A DNA stretch of 10,670 nt. It comes from a bacterium. GTDB taxonomy: Bacteria; Hinthialibacterota; Hinthialibacteria; Hinthialibacterales; Hinthialibacteraceae. This document shows, piece after piece, positions 8,708-10,670 of the stretch; within the stretch, counting starts at the first letter, position 1, and each line of letters opens with the position of its first letter. A model generated the notes under the pieces. That model ran no database searches. It had not been told where the DNA came from and saw nothing but the letters and a program-made list of their open reading frames with translations. The translations under genes were made by a program, and so were the position numbers. The stretch is taken from the NCBI GenBank assembly GCA_041946805.1, contig JBHGBC010000188.1:1-10670 (forward strand). Direction: 5' to 3'.

Positions 8708-8843
8708 GGGAATCTCCTCATCTTGTGGGCCGATGTGTCACCTTCCACACGCGTCCTCGATGCTTGTTGACGGGTGTTGATGGGCGCGGTCTGGAGGGAT
8801 CGGGCGCGGCGCACGCCATCCTGCCCCTTGGATTACGTAATGA

Positions 8844-8849
8844 ATTGTA
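8844..8849 (-). promoter_or_regulatory. Candidate sigma70 -10 element (TACAAT) of the kdpFABC promoter
   Basis: Minus-strand TACAAT matches consensus at 5/6. There is no good -35 at 17-bp spacing, as expected for an activator-dependent promoter. It places the KdpE box at about -54..-73. Confidence 0.55.
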
Positions 8850-8890
8850 GAACCGGAGGTATCAAGAAGACGTCATGATTGGTGGGGAGG

Positions 8891-8910
8891 GTGTAAAGAT
8901 CGTGTAAAGA
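8891..8910 (-). promoter_or_regulatory. Putative KdpE binding site (tandem direct repeat, 11-bp period)
   Basis: Minus strand TCTTTACAC-GA-TCTTTACAC followed by CCTCCCC. This is close to the E. coli KdpE site (TTTATA-N5-TTTACA-CCCC, 11-bp period) and lies upstream of kdpF. Confidence 0.8.
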
Positions 8911-8916
8911 AAAGAG

Positions 8917-9230
8917 GTAAGCAGGGCCCAGCGGCTGGTGGAATGCCGGGAGGAGCTCTCCACGTTTTTGAGCCATCCAGAGGATCCCGCAACCAATTAC
9001 CGAATGGAGCGCGAGAACTGGCCGGCGGTTTTGATGCGCTTGATCGTGGACGGCAACCGCGGCGGCCAGGGCGCGCTGATCCAGGCCGTGTTGATGACCG
9101 TTTTCCGCACCTGGAAACGGCGCGGCTACAATCCCGTCTCGATCCTCGTTTTGGCCCTGCGGGAATCCATCCGCACGAAGCATGTACCGCCTTTTCCTCC
9201 CGTAATCACTTCAGAAGAGTGACCTGTTGC
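8917..9230 (+). pseudogene. 3' remnant of an IS66-family transposase (TnpC C-terminus) with degenerate right inverted repeat
   Basis: The frame reads AQRLVECREELSTFLSHPEDPATNYRMERENWPAVLMRLIVDGNRGGQGALIQAVLMTVFRTWKRRGYNP. This is a decayed version of the IS66 motif LF.FL..P.VP.TNN.AER.LRP.V..RK...G.RS..GA. The stop at 9220..9222 lies within GTGACCTGTTGC (9219..9230), which resembles a degenerate GTGAAnnGTTAC IS66-type end. Confidence 0.75.
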
Positions 9231-9294
9231 GATCACTCAACACCAGCCTGATTATCACCGCGTCTCATTTCTCCATCCCCCTCCCATTTCCGCG

Positions 9295-9331
9295 CCTTCT
9301 CCCTTTGGGAGAGGACCGGGGTGAGGGAATT
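9295..9331 (-). repeat. BoxC-like repeat module, inverted copy
   Basis: The reverse complement AATTCCCTCACCCCGGTCCTCTCCCAAAGGGAGAAGG aligns without gaps to 65..101 AATTCCCTCACCCAGGCCCTCTCCCAGAGGGAGAGGG (4 mismatches in 37). Confidence 0.75.
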
Positions 9332-9332
9332 G

Positions 9333-9353
9333 GTGGTGCAGGGATCTTGCCTT
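9333..9353 (+). repeat. Degenerate single REP of the GTGG-foot family
   Basis: GTGGTGCAGGGATCTTGCCTT versus 612..632 GTGGTGCAGGCATCCTGCCTG (18/21). Confidence 0.65.
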
Positions 9354-9428
9354 CATTTGTTAAAGGTCCTTGCCATCCTTTGGGTTCCATTATTTCACCC
9401 CTGTATTTATCTTGTCCCTCTACTCATG

Positions 9429-10535
9429 TCACTCTCCGACCGGCTGGCTGGTAAGCAGTCCGATACCGCGGCCCTGGTTGCCCACGGCGCAGTAGTACAT
9501 GTAATAGGTTTGATTCTTGGGGTTGTACACCAGCGAGATTTTGTGCGCGTATTGCTTGTCCAATCCGCCGGGATGGCCTCCCGCCTTGTAGAGCGGATCG
9601 GGATGCGCGGTCCAGCGGCGCAAGTCCCGAGAAAAGGCGGCCATGACATGCGCGCCGCCGTGCCCCACGCCGAAATAGAACATCACCCAATGATCGCCGT
9701 CGCGGAACACCTTGCCGTCCGAACAGAATTGTTCGTCGTATCCGCCCGGCGTGTTGCGGATGACAGGATTTTCGGGATATCGTTTCCAGTTCAACAAATC
9801 GCTGGACAGCGCCAGGCCCATTTGTTCCACGCGGCCGTTGGCGGCGTTGTAGAAATTAAAATAACTCCCCTCGTGTTCCACCAGCCAGGGTTGATAGACG
9901 CAATCCTTCTCCCACGTTCCACGGTCCGGGTCATGCACGGAGAGGATGGGCTGATCTTTCGCCCGTTTCCAGGTCAGGCCGTCATCGCTGCAGGCCACGC
10001 CTTCGTAGCCCGGGCGCAGTTCATAACCGCCTTGCCGGGGATACGCGCCGTATAGGGTCCAATATTTTCCGTCCTTTTTCTTGAGCAGCCGGGGCGCCTG
10101 GATGTCGTACGATTCGTACAAAAACGCGCCGATCACCCGCCCGCCGAAATCGAACCCGCCCTCGGGACCGAAGCCCATGGCCAGGCCCTTGTGCCGCCAG
10201 TGGATTAAATCCTCGCTTTCCGCCACGAACGACTGGTATCCCCGGCCGTCGAAGCCGATGAAGCTCAAGTACCACGTATCATCACCGGGAATCTGGTAAA
10301 CCGTGGGGACATCCGTGGATTCGAATTTCTCGTACCCAGGGATATTCGGTTTCGAGGAAATTACATGGCCCGGGTAGTAATGCCATCCGCGGTAGGGAGC
10401 GGCCCAGCGGTCGAGCGTCTCGCGGGGAATTGCGGTTTTCTGAGGCGTTTCACCGGAGATTGCCAGCCCGCCCATCAGCAGCAGAAGCATTCCGCAGGGA
10501 ATACCGATCGATGCGCGGAATCGGGATTTTGTCAT
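9429..10535 (-). CDS. Predicted secreted five-bladed beta-propeller glycoside hydrolase-like protein (GH32/GH43/GH130-like fold), ~368 aa
   Basis: Signal-peptide-like N-terminus (MTKSRFR...MLLLLMGGLAISG). Repeated blade motifs: AESEDLIHW, ACSDDGLTWKR, ALSSDLLNWKRYPENPVI, AFSRDLRRW, WEKDCVYQPWLV, YYMYYCA. The start is uncertain; the track's extension to 10601 runs into the repeat element. Confidence 0.75.
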   Translation of the reverse strand: MTKSRFRASIGIPCGMLLLLMGGLAISGETPQKTAIPRETLDRWAAPYRGWHYYPGHVISSKPNIPGYEKFESTDVPTVYQIPGDDTWYLSFIGFDGRGYQSFVAESEDLIHWRHKGLAMGFGPEGGFDFGGRVIGAFLYESYDIQAPRLLKKKDGKYWTLYGAYPRQGGYELRPGYEGVACSDDGLTWKRAKDQPILSVHDPDRGTWEKDCVYQPWLVEHEGSYFNFYNAANGRVEQMGLALSSDLLNWKRYPENPVIRNTPGGYDEQFCSDGKVFRDGDHWVMFYFGVGHGGAHVMAAFSRDLRRWTAHPDPLYKAGGHPGGLDKQYAHKISLVYNPKNQTYYMYYCAVGNQGRGIGLLTSQPVGE

Positions 10536-10611
10536 GGTACTTATGAATTGAGGCTCATCCGGCAAGTGCGTACCTGCCGGTGAAGAAGGCATTCCATCCA
10601 CTCGCTAAGGC

Positions 10612-10637
10612 GGGCGGACACCCAGGTCCGCCCCTAC
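10612..10637 (-). repeat. REP-like palindrome (GTAG-foot family), intact copy
   Basis: Minus strand GTAG-GGGCGGAC-CTGGGT-GTCCGCCC: a GTAG foot plus a perfect 8-bp stem. Confidence 0.8.
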
Positions 10638-10670
10638 AAAAATTCCCTCACCCTGGCCCTCTCCCAGAGG
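10638..10670 (+). repeat. BoxC-like repeat module, truncated by window end
   Basis: AAAAATTCCCTCACCCTGGCCCTCTCCCAGAGG matches 62..94 with one substitution. Confidence 0.75.

Larger units (their letters stand above)
10552..10670. mobile_element. Left part of the putative MITE-like element (copy B), beginning with a 22-bp terminal inverted repeat; cut by the window end
   Basis: TIR 10552..10573 is the inverse of 164..185 (21/22). 10612..10670 matches 35..94 with 4 substitutions and a 1-nt indel. ATTCCATCCAC (10591..10601) matches ATTCCATTCAC (14..24) at the same 10-nt distance from the REP. Confidence 0.6.

Noticed and set aside
8720..8840. c-di-AMP (ydaO) riboswitch in the kdp leader
   Set aside because: Only short fragments (AATCC, CCCGTCA) resemble the consensus. 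The GGGGAAC and GCTAAC elements and the paired architecture are not visible. An Infernal search with the ydaO-yuaA model would settle it.
9321..10055. 244-aa plus-strand ORF and the 75-aa ORF at 9227..9454
   Set aside because: The first is antisense to the hydrolase gene and starts inside a repeat. The second is largely a translation of the BoxC-like and REP repeats.
164..10573. Reading the two 22-bp inverted repeats as the ends of one 10.4-kb transposon carrying kdp
   Set aside because: There is no target duplication (GAAAAAAA versus CTGCCGGT) and no intact transposase inside. The shared direct repeat outside both TIRs is better explained by two copies of a small element.
1..10670. CRISPR array, tRNA or rRNA genes
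   Set aside because: The repeats are dispersed rather than regularly spaced with unique spacers, and no cas genes, cloverleaf or rRNA-like sequence was seen.

Overview
GC-rich bacterial DNA dominated by a complete minus-strand kdpFABC-DE potassium uptake locus (761..8707). It includes a 27-aa kdpF missing from the ORF track and a recognisable KdpE operator plus -10 element upstream. A predicted secreted beta-propeller glycoside hydrolase-like gene lies at 9429..10535 (-). The non-coding DNA is the unusual part. The kdp operon is bracketed by two transposase 3' remnants (IS1634-like on the left, IS66-like on the right). The intergenic spaces hold two REP-like hairpin families and three copies of a BoxC-like CCCTCACCC-CCCTCTCCC-GGGAGAGGG module. 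The two window ends hold overlapping parts of what reconstructs as a ~210-bp MITE-like element with 22-bp terminal inverted repeats, which carries a nested REP plus BoxC-like module. All family assignments come from motif recognition by eye; no database searches were run.
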